Source: a virus
Taxonomy: Duplodnaviria > Caudoviricetes
Virus record (IMG/VR): IMGVR_UViG_3300027971_004105
Length of the DNA stretch: 64,000 bases
Direction: 5' to 3' (one strand)
Below the pieces are notes generated by a model. That model worked only from the letters and a program-made list of their open reading frames with translations, did no database searches and was not told where the DNA came from. Positions 17,892-26,594 of the stretch are shown here, in pieces. A program made the position numbers and the translations under genes. Within the stretch, counting starts at the first letter, position 1. Every line of letters begins with the position of its first letter.

Positions 17892-17920
17892 TTGACATAA
17901 AAATGTAAATAACATATAAT
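17892..17920 (+). promoter_or_regulatory. sigma70 promoter with nested TAAATA, leaderless
   Basis: TTGACA-17nt-TATAAT, ATG 6 nt later. Confidence 0.85.
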
Positions 17921-17926
17921 ATAGGG

Positions 17927-18280
17927 ATGGCATTTATTATGATACCTTTGGGCAAACGCATCAAACAAAAACTGGCTAAAACCAAAAGATTGGCTCGTGC
18001 AAAAGCAGAGCATCATGCTTGGTTGAAGTCACAGAACCTCACTCCAGCAGAGCTAAAGAAGCGAAGCAAGGGGTCTCCCGTGCCTTTTCCAGAATACAAG
18101 ACCACACGGGATATGCCCAAGACGTCGGACAAGATAGTCAAGGTCAGCGGCCGTGCAGAACAACAGCACTATTCAGGTGAACGTAAATTGTTGGGTATTG
18201 GTATGTTGCACAAGAGCAACCTCGTGCCGGTGTTTGATCAGCAGGATGCCATTGACATTTCCAAAATGAGAAGAAATTAA
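17927..18280 (+). CDS. Basic hypothetical protein
   Basis: 117-aa ORF ending HKSNLVPVF...DISKMRR. Confidence 0.75.
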   Translation: MAFIMIPLGKRIKQKLAKTKRLARAKAEHHAWLKSQNLTPAELKKRSKGSPVPFPEYKTTRDMPKTSDKIVKVSGRAEQQHYSGERKLLGIGMLHKSNLVPVFDQQDAIDISKMRRN

Positions 18281-18282
18281 AT

Positions 18283-18534
18283 TTAGATACTTGGATTGAG
18301 CTGTTCTAAGAATTCTTGTTCTTGTTGCAATAAACCATTGGTCATGTCTATCATTTCTTTTTCATCAAAACAATAGGTGCTGCCAGAACTGTCAGGGAAA
18401 TTTTTTCTTATTTTTTCCACCATAGTTTCAGAATATTTACTACAATCTTCTCTGGATGTGAATTCAGGTTCTGTGACCATATAATTTTCACATTGCCCCC
18501 ACATACAAATCACCACCACTAAGAAAAACTTCAT
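18283..18534 (-). CDS. Secreted or membrane hypothetical protein
   Basis: MKFFLVVVICMWG signal-like start; TAAGTA 5 nt upstream. Confidence 0.65.
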   Translation of the reverse strand: MKFFLVVVICMWGQCENYMVTEPEFTSREDCSKYSETMVEKIRKNFPDSSGSTYCFDEKEMIDMTNGLLQQEQEFLEQLNPSI

Positions 18535-18602
18535 AAAAATACTTAACCTTTGATTTATAAAAATTTTATGGTTGTTTAATGATTTGTGCAGAGCTGTGTT
18601 GT

Positions 18603-18914
18603 TTACAGTGCTGGTTCGTCCTGTTTGGATGGCTTGCTCGCTGCCACAGTGGTAGTGGTAGCAATCTTTTCTTGTGATCTGCCATATGCTGATAGTCCCA
18701 GTACTGCTCCCATGGCAATGTGAAAGAAACCAGCACCTTGCAATGTTAAAGGACTCCATTGAGTGAACACAATCGTTTTTAAATAAGTGGCCTGAGCTAG
18801 GTTCCATAATATAGGAAATATCACAAAATCAAAAGCACAGATTCCCATGTACAACCAACCCATAGCTGGTCTCCATCGTTTCTGCATCCAATCTTCTTTT
18901 TTGATTTCACTCAT
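18603..18914 (-). CDS. Holin-like protein (3TM family)
   Basis: WRPAMGWLY...FDFVIFP...LTLQGAGFFHIAMGAVLG...RSQEK. Confidence 0.7.
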   Translation of the reverse strand: MSEIKKEDWMQKRWRPAMGWLYMGICAFDFVIFPILWNLAQATYLKTIVFTQWSPLTLQGAGFFHIAMGAVLGLSAYGRSQEKIATTTTVAASKPSKQDEPAL

Positions 18915-18963
18915 ATGTTTTATTATGTACTACTATATTTACATTAGATTGACAGGAATTAAA

Positions 18964-19254
18964 CTACCACTTATTGATTTTTTTTCTGTAGATTTTTTCT
19001 ATGACTTCTTTGCAGGCATCATGCCAGTATATACCACAATCACGCAATCTTTCATTGGCTCTGCGTAGTTTTTCCAGCTTATTCACTAAAGTTTTATTTT
19101 GTGCTGTGGTAAGACGTTTGGTGGTGTTGCTGAGTGTGTCCAGACGCTGAATCACATCATCTATGGCAGGGCAGGTGATATCGGGCACTCTGGGTGCTTT
19201 TTTTCTCACTGATTTCCAGATGGATAGGTATTTGGGTGTTCTTTTTTTGTACAT
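18964..19254 (-). CDS. Hypothetical protein
   Basis: GAGGTG SD before ATG; PDITCPAID, LEKLRRANERLR. Confidence 0.7.
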   Translation of the reverse strand: MYKKRTPKYLSIWKSVRKKAPRVPDITCPAIDDVIQRLDTLSNTTKRLTTAQNKTLVNKLEKLRRANERLRDCGIYWHDACKEVIEKIYRKKINKW

Positions 19255-19377
19255 GTCACCTCTCGATGTTTTATTTAAAGTTTCGGCCACTGCCAGTTAA
19301 ATGTTGTTATAAAACATTTTGGTTACATTGGCAATAAAAAGTCAATGATTACGCCATTTTTGTTTTGGCATTAGTGA

Positions 19378-19406
19378 TTGACTTTGACTCCAGCTTCACA
19401 TATAAT
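19378..19406 (+). promoter_or_regulatory. sigma70 promoter inside an imperfect inverted repeat
   Basis: TTGACT-17nt-TATAAT; ATG 6 nt later; AAAGTCAAT...ATTGACTTT arms. Confidence 0.75.
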
Positions 19407-19412
19407 GAACAC

Positions 19413-20045
19413 ATGAGTAAAAATACTACAAATAATAAAGGAGGCAAAATGAAAGGCTCAAGAATAGCGATTGTGGTGCTGTTGGCTGGTTTACTGAATG
19501 CTTGTGCAAACAGGATGGTAACACTGCCAGTGGAAACTGCAAACACCAAAGAAGTACCTGTTTGGTATTTGGACCATGCTGACACAGGATCAGAAGGTTG
19601 GTTATGGAACAAAGAAGGTATGTTCTATGCTGTGGGTACAGATGTATCTCCAGACATGGAAATGTCTTACAAAAAGGCTTTGATCAAAGCCAAAGCAAAG
19701 ATAGTAGATAGAGTAGTGGGAGAAGTGAGCAACAAAACCACTTACAAATTGGATGAAACTGGCAATGCTGAAAGAACCATCGGCAAAGTAGAAGCACAAG
19801 ACTTGATTGTGAATCTTATTTCAGACACATCTTTAAGAACATACTCTGTGGACAAGAAATTAACTGTGTTTAACCCTGAAATTAACAATTACAGAAGTTT
19901 TATATTGGTTAAGATTTCCAAAGCAGATGTGGATGCTATCTTAAAAAAATATGAGCAGGACAAACAAAACAAATCATTCTTAGGATTTAATAAATCCAAT
20001 GATTTAGAAAAGTCCAGCGACAAGTTATTAAACAAAACGAGATAA
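19413..20045 (+). CDS. Lipoprotein (LPP20-like); alternative SD-led start at 19449
   Basis: Lipobox LLNAC after a hydrophobic stretch. Confidence 0.75.
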   Translation: MSKNTTNNKGGKMKGSRIAIVVLLAGLLNACANRMVTLPVETANTKEVPVWYLDHADTGSEGWLWNKEGMFYAVGTDVSPDMEMSYKKALIKAKAKIVDRVVGEVSNKTTYKLDETGNAERTIGKVEAQDLIVNLISDTSLRTYSVDKKLTVFNPEINNYRSFILVKISKADVDAILKKYEQDKQNKSFLGFNKSNDLEKSSDKLLNKTR

Positions 20046-20046
20046 T

Positions 20047-20388
20047 ATGATCCGTTTTGAATACCTATTGGCAGCCACAGTTCTGTTTTTAGCACTGATA
20101 TGGGCTTCAACAGCCATATCTGGTGGACCTTGGAGCAATCAATACTGTAATCTTAAAACAGAAACAGTGATTGTGAAAGATGCCAAAGGTAATATCATCA
20201 AAGAGGATTCAGTAGAAAAGCTGGTGTGTGATGATGGTCGCAAAGACTTTCTTCAATACAGTGGCATTGCAAAAAGTTGCAGAGAATTTTGGTATGAAAT
20301 CAATTTAAATGGATCATGGGTCAACAAGAGGGGTTATGTTTGTCAAAAATTTGATGGCAGTTGGGAAATCGTTAATACTGGCAGGTAG
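20047..20388 (+). CDS. Secreted Cys-containing hypothetical protein
   Basis: Signal peptide; four Cys. Confidence 0.7.
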   Translation: MIRFEYLLAATVLFLALIWASTAISGGPWSNQYCNLKTETVIVKDAKGNIIKEDSVEKLVCDDGRKDFLQYSGIAKSCREFWYEINLNGSWVNKRGYVCQKFDGSWEIVNTGR

Positions 20389-20788
20389 TTTATTGCTGTT
20401 GAATCAGTGTGCTTCACACACTGTGGCAGTGGATAGCCAGAGTACCTACAAGAGTGTGGAGACTGTGTATGATAAAAATACAAGCAGTGCCAACTATTTG
20501 GCTAATTTTTTCAAATACAACTACTACATGTTGAACGATGAGGACAAAGACAAACAAAAAACAGCCATATACTTTGCATTGAACAACTTGGATCATGATG
20601 TGGTGACCACATGGTACAGCAAAAACTCACAGGCACAAGGTCATGTGAGAATAGTGAGCAGTTATCCGCAGGGCAGTGGCTATTGCAGAGTTATTTTCAG
20701 TCAATTGATATACAAAGACAAAGAACGCAGTTTCAGTGAGACCGCATGCACAGATATTGCACACATAGGCTGGCGATTCATCAAATAA
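20336..20788 (+). CDS. Lipoprotein with 17-kDa surface-antigen-like domain
   Basis: LLLNQC lipobox-like; ALNN...W...G.V...YP..SGYCR...ETAC. Confidence 0.6.
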   Translation: MFVKNLMAVGKSLILAGSLLLLNQCASHTVAVDSQSTYKSVETVYDKNTSSANYLANFFKYNYYMLNDEDKDKQKTAIYFALNNLDHDVVTTWYSKNSQAQGHVRIVSSYPQGSGYCRVIFSQLIYKDKERSFSETACTDIAHIGWRFIK

Positions 20789-20820
20789 ATCTGATAAATA
20801 TATCCTGTAAAGGATAAAAA

Positions 20821-22392
20821 ATGTTATTGGGCATAATCACCTTATTGACAGCATTTGCATTGAGTTCAGCCGCAATCTATTTTTCGGTTGTGGGTCTAGT
20901 GGCCATATTTTCAGGAGCCGCTGTGCCAATCATATTCATGGGAACCACTTTGGAATTGGCCAAGTTGGTCACTGCCAGTTGGTTGTATCGTAATTGGCAT
21001 GTGGCAGCAAGATATATGAAAGTGTACATGAGTATTGCCATATTCATACTGATGGTGATCACCAGCATGGGAGTGTTTGGATTCCTATCCAAATCACATC
21101 TACAACAAGGTGCTACTTCCAGCAACAATACTCAACAAATTGCTATAATCAACAGTCAGATCAAAACAGAACAGGATGTGATTGATCGTCAGCAAGATAT
21201 TATCCGACGTAATTCAGGCACAGGTGGCGGCGCAGGTGAACGTGTGAGTCAATTGAGAGATAAAATCAAACAGTTGGATGCTGAAGTCAAAGCCTACACT
21301 GATCAAGGTGCTACCAGCACCATATTCAATGACAAAGTGGCCAAAGGGGTTGCTCTAAAAGAATCACAAAAAGAAGAACGAGACAGAATTGATGCAGAAA
21401 TCAAACAGTTGACCACTGCCAATCAAGGCAATAACTCCGCAGCAGAATCTCAAATTGCTCGCAGTCAACAGAAGATACAACAGTTGATCTCTCAACGAGC
21501 TCCATTACAAACCACACAGATCACATTGGATGCTGAGATTGGTCCTATCAAATACATTGGAGAATTGTTTGTGGATTTAGGCATGGTGGACAAAGTCAAC
21601 ACTGACATGGCAGTGCGTTGGATCATTGTGTTGATTATTATTGTGTTCGATCCATTGGCAGTATTGTTACTGATTGCTGGACAACAAAGCATCAAACAAC
21701 ATTATTCAAACAACGGCAACGGGGGTGGCAGATCCACTGCTCCAATCATAGATCCTACACCGATCATAAACAGACTATCAGAAAAGTTTAAAAACTTTTC
21801 TTTCAAAAAAAAAGACTCTAGTCTAGATAAACTACCCACATTACCTGAACCCATAGTTGAACCCACAGTTGTTCAAGAACAACCAGCAAAACCTGGATTG
21901 AGATTGAGTACATTGTCTTTGCCTAAATCATTCACATTTAAAAAAACAGAAACAGTTGTGCCAACTGAAATACTCACGTCCACTGTGGAAGTCATAGACA
22001 CTGAAGACGGTGACACATTGGAGATAGTGACTAAAGAACAAAAAACTAGATTGGATCATTTCAACAGTCAAAAAGACAAAGCCAAACAATGGAAAGGACA
22101 GCAGACCAATCCTAGACACACCATCAAAAGATTAAGATTCAATTATGTGTCAGGAGCCATTAACAAATTACCTTGGGACACAGTGGAAGCAGACATACCG
22201 CCCATGCCCATAGATCAGTGGAACCAAATGTTGGAAGAAGCAGAAAAAGCACTGGAACAAGACAAAGAGCAAACAACAAAAAGTTACATAATCAAAGAAG
22301 ATCAACAGCAAGTGAGAAAAACGGTAGCAGAAGAATACGTTCAAAACCAAGAACAAACAGATCAATCAATCTGGAATCGCATCAAAAAATAA
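20821..22392 (+). CDS. Multi-pass membrane protein with long coiled coil
   Basis: Three N-terminal hydrophobic helices, coiled coil, internal TM (VRWIIVLIIIVFDPLAVLLL). Confidence 0.8.
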   Translation: MLLGIITLLTAFALSSAAIYFSVVGLVAIFSGAAVPIIFMGTTLELAKLVTASWLYRNWHVAARYMKVYMSIAIFILMVITSMGVFGFLSKSHLQQGATSSNNTQQIAIINSQIKTEQDVIDRQQDIIRRNSGTGGGAGERVSQLRDKIKQLDAEVKAYTDQGATSTIFNDKVAKGVALKESQKEERDRIDAEIKQLTTANQGNNSAAESQIARSQQKIQQLISQRAPLQTTQITLDAEIGPIKYIGELFVDLGMVDKVNTDMAVRWIIVLIIIVFDPLAVLLLIAGQQSIKQHYSNNGNGGGRSTAPIIDPTPIINRLSEKFKNFSFKKKDSSLDKLPTLPEPIVEPTVVQEQPAKPGLRLSTLSLPKSFTFKKTETVVPTEILTSTVEVIDTEDGDTLEIVTKEQKTRLDHFNSQKDKAKQWKGQQTNPRHTIKRLRFNYVSGAINKLPWDTVEADIPPMPIDQWNQMLEEAEKALEQDKEQTTKSYIIKEDQQQVRKTVAEEYVQNQEQTDQSIWNRIKK

Positions 22393-22409
22393 ATCAATAA
22401 CTACTATTG

Positions 22410-22790
22410 ATGAGCAAGATTAATCTAATCACAGCACCCGATCGTTTGCACAACAATAACTGCAGTGTGCTACTGATCAATCCCAGTGAAGCAGTCAAAG
22501 CAGATTTCAATCGAGCCATACTAAATTTGAATCAAGAAATTAATCTATATCTTTATGAGACCACAGAAGTCAATGATTATGATTGGTTGATCACTGTGAG
22601 CAACACAGTGGATCACATTGTGATAGATATCAGTCACACTGACAAAGATTTTTGGTTGACAGGATATGTTCTAAGTTTGCCTCACACATCATATATCAGT
22701 ATGATCAATCAAATGCCCTATCATTTATTGAATAAAAATAGAATATATGATTTTTCTGCATTCACAGAAAAATTAAACAAGAAAGATTAA
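22410..22790 (+). CDS. Hypothetical protein
   Basis: ORF; TAACTA 6 nt upstream. Confidence 0.7.
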   Translation: MSKINLITAPDRLHNNNCSVLLINPSEAVKADFNRAILNLNQEINLYLYETTEVNDYDWLITVSNTVDHIVIDISHTDKDFWLTGYVLSLPHTSYISMINQMPYHLLNKNRIYDFSAFTEKLNKKD

Positions 22791-22793
22791 ACT

Positions 22794-23387
22794 ATGGTTA
22801 TGCGAGCTGACTTGTGGTTTCCACAAATTGTATGGAAGGACAACATTACAAATTTGGACAATTCTGCCATAAAAACTCATGTGTTGGAAACAAAAAATCA
22901 TAGTCAAGGCAAAACTGCCACCAATCAATTGGGATGGCAGAGTGAAGATTATTTTTTAGATTCAGGCAAAACACCACAGATAGAACACATGATAAGAGTA
23001 TTGGATTCTCATGTGAAAGATTGTGCTCGTCAGGCCAGTCTACCTCCCTTGCGTATCTGTAATTTTTGGTTCAATGTGAATCCCAAAGGATCCTACAACA
23101 CTCTACACAATCATCAACACAGTGTGCTGAGTGGAGTGTATTACATTGACATACCCACGGACAACATGGGCAACATTGAATTCCATAGATCAGATGAAGC
23201 ACAGTATTATATTCCGGACAACATGGACAAGTACACACAATTCACCAGTACCAAAGCCACATATAAACCAGAAACAGGCATGTTGTTGATATTCCCCAGC
23301 TGGCTCAAACATTTTGTACACAGCAATCAAAGCGAGCAGTCACGCATATCCATGAGTTTTAACACTCAACTGGACACACAAAAATAA
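22794..23387 (+). CDS. 2OG-Fe(II) oxygenase superfamily protein
   Basis: WFNVN...HNH...SGVYY...FPSWLKH.V...RISMSFN. Confidence 0.85.
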   Translation: MVMRADLWFPQIVWKDNITNLDNSAIKTHVLETKNHSQGKTATNQLGWQSEDYFLDSGKTPQIEHMIRVLDSHVKDCARQASLPPLRICNFWFNVNPKGSYNTLHNHQHSVLSGVYYIDIPTDNMGNIEFHRSDEAQYYIPDNMDKYTQFTSTKATYKPETGMLLIFPSWLKHFVHSNQSEQSRISMSFNTQLDTQK

Positions 23388-23400
23388 TTGCCAAAAACTC

Positions 23401-23429
23401 TTGACTTTTGCCACAATCATCACTATATT
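23401..23429 (+). promoter_or_regulatory. sigma70-type promoter of hsp20
   Basis: TTGACT-17nt-TATATT. Confidence 0.8.
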
Positions 23430-23435
23430 AACAGT

Positions 23436-23512
23436 TGTCACAATGGTGTGACTCAACTGTATGAATTGCCGCATGGGATTCATACACAAACTCGCTAAAA
23501 AAGGAGAAAACT
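23436..23512 (+). promoter_or_regulatory. ROSE-like RNA thermometer
   Basis: Three hairpins; the last is CUC-G-CU/AAAAA/AG-GAG, pairing the SD with a bulged G (UCGCU motif). Confidence 0.65.
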
Positions 23513-23962
23513 ATGAACAATAGAGCACTAACTATCTTTAATCAACTAAGACCCGTTACAGTGGGCTTTGATAACGTTTTTGATCACTTCGAAAGAATGG
23601 TCAATGACGATTTCTTTAACGTACCTACTGTTAACTATCCACCTTACAATATTGTAAAGACTGGCGTTAATACGTACAATGTTGAAGTGGCTTTGGCAGG
23701 ATTCAACAGAGACGATGTTTCTGTGGAATTTGAGGAAGGGGTAATGACCATCAAATCCAAAGACCGAACAGAGTCTAAGAAACAGGATGCGGATGATAAC
23801 ATTATCCACAAGGGTATTTCCAAAAGATACTTCAGTAAATCATTCACAGTGGCCGATGATGTAGAAATCAAAGGTGCTGAATTAAAAGATGGTTTACTAA
23901 CTGTTTCTATGGAAAGAATCGTTCCAGAAAACAAAAAAGCCAGAGTAATAGAAATACTATAA
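23513..23962 (+). CDS. ibpA: Small heat-shock protein (Hsp20/IbpA family)
   Basis: YPPYNI, ALAGF, HKGISKRYF, AELKDGLL. Confidence 0.95.
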   Translation: MNNRALTIFNQLRPVTVGFDNVFDHFERMVNDDFFNVPTVNYPPYNIVKTGVNTYNVEVALAGFNRDDVSVEFEEGVMTIKSKDRTESKKQDADDNIIHKGISKRYFSKSFTVADDVEIKGAELKDGLLTVSMERIVPENKKARVIEIL

Positions 23963-23970
23963 TACAAATC

Positions 23971-23994
23971 TTAGGGCGTGGCAACACGCCCTAA
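23971..23994 (+). terminator. GCAA-capped stem-loop after hsp20
   Basis: TTAGGGCGTG-GCAA-CACGCCCTAA, 10 bp; no U tract. Confidence 0.6.
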
Positions 23995-24009
23995 CTAAAT
24001 ATAAAATAT

Positions 24010-24312
24010 ATGAGCAAAACCAAAACCGATATAGTCCTAGACGAAAAAGTAGAACAGATAATATTAGAACCAGAAATGGTCAAAGTGATCATGTTGAATG
24101 ATGATGTTACTCCAGTAGACTATGTGGTAGAACTATTGATAAAAATATTCAAACACACTCAAGACAGTGCCAAAGAAATCACACTTAAAATTCACACAGA
24201 AGGCAGCAGTGTGGTGGGTTCCTACAGTTATGAAATAGCTGAACAGAAAACCAAAGAAGCCATAGAAGATGCCAGAAGCAGAGGCTTTCCTCTACAAGTA
24301 AGAATGGAATAA
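24010..24312 (+). CDS. clpS: ClpS N-degron adaptor
   Basis: VIMLNDDVTPVDYV...IHTEG...FPL. Confidence 0.92.
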   Translation: MSKTKTDIVLDEKVEQIILEPEMVKVIMLNDDVTPVDYVVELLIKIFKHTQDSAKEITLKIHTEGSSVVGSYSYEIAEQKTKEAIEDARSRGFPLQVRME

Positions 24313-24314
24313 CA

Positions 24315-24848
24315 ATGAGCCTCAAAGATCTCACTTGGGAACATCATAAGAACGCAGAACGTCAAAAGTTTGTGAAGGTTATGTTTTCAGGCAGCATTGA
24401 TCCCAAATTGTACGCAGAATTTTTATTCAATCAACACATGGCATACGACCTGTTGGAAATGATGGCCATGTCGCACGGCATATTCAATGGAATGGAAGAT
24501 GTGAGAAGAGCTCCTAAAATATTAGCAGATTTCAAAGAACTTTGGCCCAAGGATCAAACATTGCCTGAACCCAAAAACGCAACCAAGACATATTTGGATC
24601 ATTTACTCACAATCAAAGACAACAAGGATGCACTGATGGCTCACGTGTATGTGAGACACATGGGAGATCTGTCAGGTGGACAAATGATACGTAAAAAAGT
24701 TCCAGGTGCTGGCACCATGTTTGATTTTGCAGACAAAGATCAAGCCAAAGAGATTATCCGATCAAGAATAAACGATTCCATGGCAGATGAAGCTAAAAAA
24801 TGTTTTGATTTCGCCACTGGGTTGTTTCAGGACATGCTCAATGACTAA
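24315..24848 (+). CDS. hemO: Heme oxygenase
   Basis: EHHKNAE proximal His; YVRHMGDLSGGQ distal helix. Confidence 0.92.
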   Translation: MSLKDLTWEHHKNAERQKFVKVMFSGSIDPKLYAEFLFNQHMAYDLLEMMAMSHGIFNGMEDVRRAPKILADFKELWPKDQTLPEPKNATKTYLDHLLTIKDNKDALMAHVYVRHMGDLSGGQMIRKKVPGAGTMFDFADKDQAKEIIRSRINDSMADEAKKCFDFATGLFQDMLND

Positions 24849-25023
24849 GAAGAAAAAATTTAAAGATTTTCCAGGCAACTTGATCAAAATAAAAGTATTG
24901 GAAGATGAGATAAGTTATTTTAAAACACAGATTCAAGAACACGACACAGGTCATATCTACACCACCATAGACACATTAAAAGACAGAGTACGAGAGTTAA
25001 AAGGCATCCGAGAAGAATATTAA
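24841..25023 (+). CDS. 60-aa hypothetical protein
   Basis: Overlaps the hemO stop and abuts pcyX. Confidence 0.7.
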   Translation: MTKKKKFKDFPGNLIKIKVLEDEISYFKTQIQEHDTGHIYTTIDTLKDRVRELKGIREEY

Positions 25024-25024
25024 C

Positions 25025-25720
25025 ATGAGTTTCATTTGGGATACCTTGATTGCATGTCAGAATAATATCATCACAGAATTCAATTCACGCGGCAAAGAGA
25101 TTCAAGAACCCGGCATGAGCAGATTCAATCAACCCGAAAATGGTTGGATCAATAGAGTGTGGGAAACTGAACACTGTCGTCGTTGTCACATAGACGTGGT
25201 GGATGCTAGACAAAGCAAAGGTCTTTGGATGATGCATGTGTGTGTATTTCCACATTTGCACAACAATGGTCCTATCTATGGATTCGATGTGATTGCCGGA
25301 GAACACAAAATGACCGGCGCATTTCATGACTTTTCACGCAGCTCAGGTGGTGATCAACATCCACTGATAGAATGGTATCACCAAGCAGTGGCAGAGTTCA
25401 TTCCTTCTAAAAGAAGAAAACTACCAGAGTGGGCACTGAATATATTTTCAGGCAGCATGATTGCCGCAGGCAATGTGCAAACAGACGAAGAAGCCAACAC
25501 CATTGTGAATCTTGCAGTGAACAATCTACAAGTGTATTTTGACAGCATAGGACAATATGCTCACACTGCCAAGGAAGCAGATACCATTGAGGCACAAAAC
25601 TATTATTGTCATAATCAGCAACAGAATCCACACACACCTAGAGTGATGAAAAGTTTAGGTTTGGCAGAAGCAGACGTAGAATTATTTTGCACAGACGCAC
25701 TATTTCCAAAAATAAAATAA
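25025..25720 (+). CDS. pcyX: Ferredoxin-dependent bilin reductase, PcyX type
   Basis: RRCHIDVVD, LWMMHVCVFP, YGFDVIAG, RKLPEWA.NIFS; linked to hemO. Confidence 0.85.
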   Translation: MSFIWDTLIACQNNIITEFNSRGKEIQEPGMSRFNQPENGWINRVWETEHCRRCHIDVVDARQSKGLWMMHVCVFPHLHNNGPIYGFDVIAGEHKMTGAFHDFSRSSGGDQHPLIEWYHQAVAEFIPSKRRKLPEWALNIFSGSMIAAGNVQTDEEANTIVNLAVNNLQVYFDSIGQYAHTAKEADTIEAQNYYCHNQQQNPHTPRVMKSLGLAEADVELFCTDALFPKIK

Positions 25721-25728
25721 TCCACAGC

Positions 25729-25757
25729 AAAAAGTCGCATAAACTGTGGCTTTTTTT
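25729..25757 (+). terminator. Intrinsic, probably bidirectional terminator
   Basis: AAAAAGTCGCA-TAAAC-TGTGGC-T7. Confidence 0.8.
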
Positions 25758-25770
25758 GGCCCTACACTGT

Positions 25771-25799
25771 TTGACTTGTGCGAGCAATCCTGTTATATT
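25771..25799 (+). promoter_or_regulatory. sigma70 promoter, leaderless
   Basis: TTGACT-17nt-TATATT; ATG 6 nt later (25806). Confidence 0.75.
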
Positions 25800-25805
25800 A
25801 TAATG

Positions 25806-25991
25806 ATGCACACTACTTACAATCTTGTGATTAAAAAAACTCAAGCCATGTATGAAAAGTCTTTAGAATTAAACCGATTGATCAATGAAACACCTTGCAC
25901 AGTGTCCGAAGAAGAGTTAAGATTTTTAATCAATGATATTCAAACATTGGCCAGAGAAATTGCCAACACTTACGATTTGATACCACAATGA
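25806..25991 (+). CDS. Hypothetical protein
   Basis: 61-aa ORF coupled to the next gene. Confidence 0.65.
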   Translation: MHTTYNLVIKKTQAMYEKSLELNRLINETPCTVSEEELRFLINDIQTLAREIANTYDLIPQ

Positions 25992-26470
25992 TTATTTCTA
26001 TCACAGGCGGCAGTGCCAAACTCAAAGACCTAGCAGAAAGTATCACAAGATATTCAGCTGAATTGCTGTTGGACAAAAAATTAATAGAAAAATTAATAGT
26101 GGATATAGACTTCAGTAGAACACTACTCAAAGAAGATGGCATGTTGGCTGAAATAGACTTTGATGACAGAACAAATAAACCTAGAGAATTTACTATCACT
26201 GTGGACAGCACAGTGCCACAGAGACGCATTATGGAATCCATTGCTCATGAAATGGTACATTTAAAACAGTATGCTGTGGGAGAAATGAGCGACACTGACC
26301 ATTCCAACATTGTGCAATGGAAAAAGAAACACATAGATCTAACCAAGTGGCAATATTGGGATCGCCCATGGGAGATTGAAGCACATGGCAAAGAATTAGG
26401 ACTGTTTATTAGATGGGCTGAACACAATGATTTGAGCAAAGAGTCTTGGACCCAGGAGCAATATGTCTAA
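25988..26470 (+). CDS. SprT-like zinc metallopeptidase
   Basis: IAHEMVHLKQ; RPWEIEA. Confidence 0.8.
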   Translation: MIISITGGSAKLKDLAESITRYSAELLLDKKLIEKLIVDIDFSRTLLKEDGMLAEIDFDDRTNKPREFTITVDSTVPQRRIMESIAHEMVHLKQYAVGEMSDTDHSNIVQWKKKHIDLTKWQYWDRPWEIEAHGKELGLFIRWAEHNDLSKESWTQEQYV

Positions 26471-26570
26471 AACACAGAATAAAACTCCCAGTTTAATCAA
26501 GTTTTTTTACACAGTTTTAACAATAATGCTGGTGTTGATGATGTTTTGTTTGTGGGGAATACTTAAATAA
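26463..26570 (+). CDS. 35-aa single-TM peptide
   Basis: MSKTQNKTPSLIKFFYTVLTIMLVLMMFCLWGILK fills the gap. Confidence 0.5.
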   Translation: MSKTQNKTPSLIKFFYTVLTIMLVLMMFCLWGILK

Positions 26571-26594
26571 TGCTGAAACGTTTGGTGTGTTATT

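Noticed and set aside
18535-18807. N-terminal extension of the 174-aa minus ORF
   Set aside because: Overlaps the holin in another frame; the better start is 18534 with a promoter and signal peptide
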